Source of the DNA: Barthelona sp. PCE
Taxonomy: Eukaryota
DNA: 64,000 bases
Assembly (NCBI GenBank): GCA_040285745.1
Contig: JAUFOR010000008.1
Span: forward strand, 496,001-560,000
Direction: 5' to 3'
Below, piece after piece: positions 63,790-64,000 of the stretch (the first letter of the stretch is position 1; each line of letters begins with the position of its first letter). Position numbers and translations under genes: made by a program. The notes beneath the pieces were generated by a model. That model worked only from the letters and a program-made list of their open reading frames with translations, made no database searches and was not told the origin of the DNA.

Positions 63790-64000
63790 ATTAAAGTGCT
63801 CTAGAAAAGGAGTAAAAAAATAAAACGAATTTGTCTTTGTAGCTCTTCACTTTTACGCTTCAGATTCTTACTTTCCCTTGTCGAATACACAGCTTGCGTT
63901 TCAATCGTTGTGATAAGTAATGTTCTACATTCCAAATTATCGTTCCCAAAAACTTTGTGGTATCCAATTAGGGAATTTGTTATTCAATCATAACACTACC

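Overview
Gene-dense, nearly intron-free eukaryotic (protist) DNA in the standard genetic code, with intergenic gaps as short as 3 nt. The compaction and the single intron's fused branch point/3' splice site suggest a metamonad-like flagellate (inference only). About 22 protein genes are present. Housekeeping genes: VPS52, ALG13, katanin p60, MED7-like, CPSF100, two neurofibromin-like RasGAPs, lunapark-like, possible RPC31, ALG2, C9orf85/DUF2039, ARP5 and SAS10/UTP3. There are also three large secreted or surface proteins and a membrane protein carrying a bacterial-type CBS pair. Highlights: (1) a 5-kb island between ALG2 and C9orf85 where two 236-bp near-identical elements in inverted orientation bracket an orphan 703-aa gene, next to a frameshifted probable paralog; each element has Helentron/DINE-1-like subterminal repeats and a perfect 28-bp palindrome. 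(2) A ~6,600-aa cysteine-repeat single-pass receptor-like gene whose signal-peptide exon is hidden behind a 77-nt intron and which contains five apparently identical 882-bp tandem units, one with a +1 G. (3) A SAS10 protein that also appears to carry the Lcp5/neuroguidin core. All family assignments are from motif recognition by eye; no searches were run.
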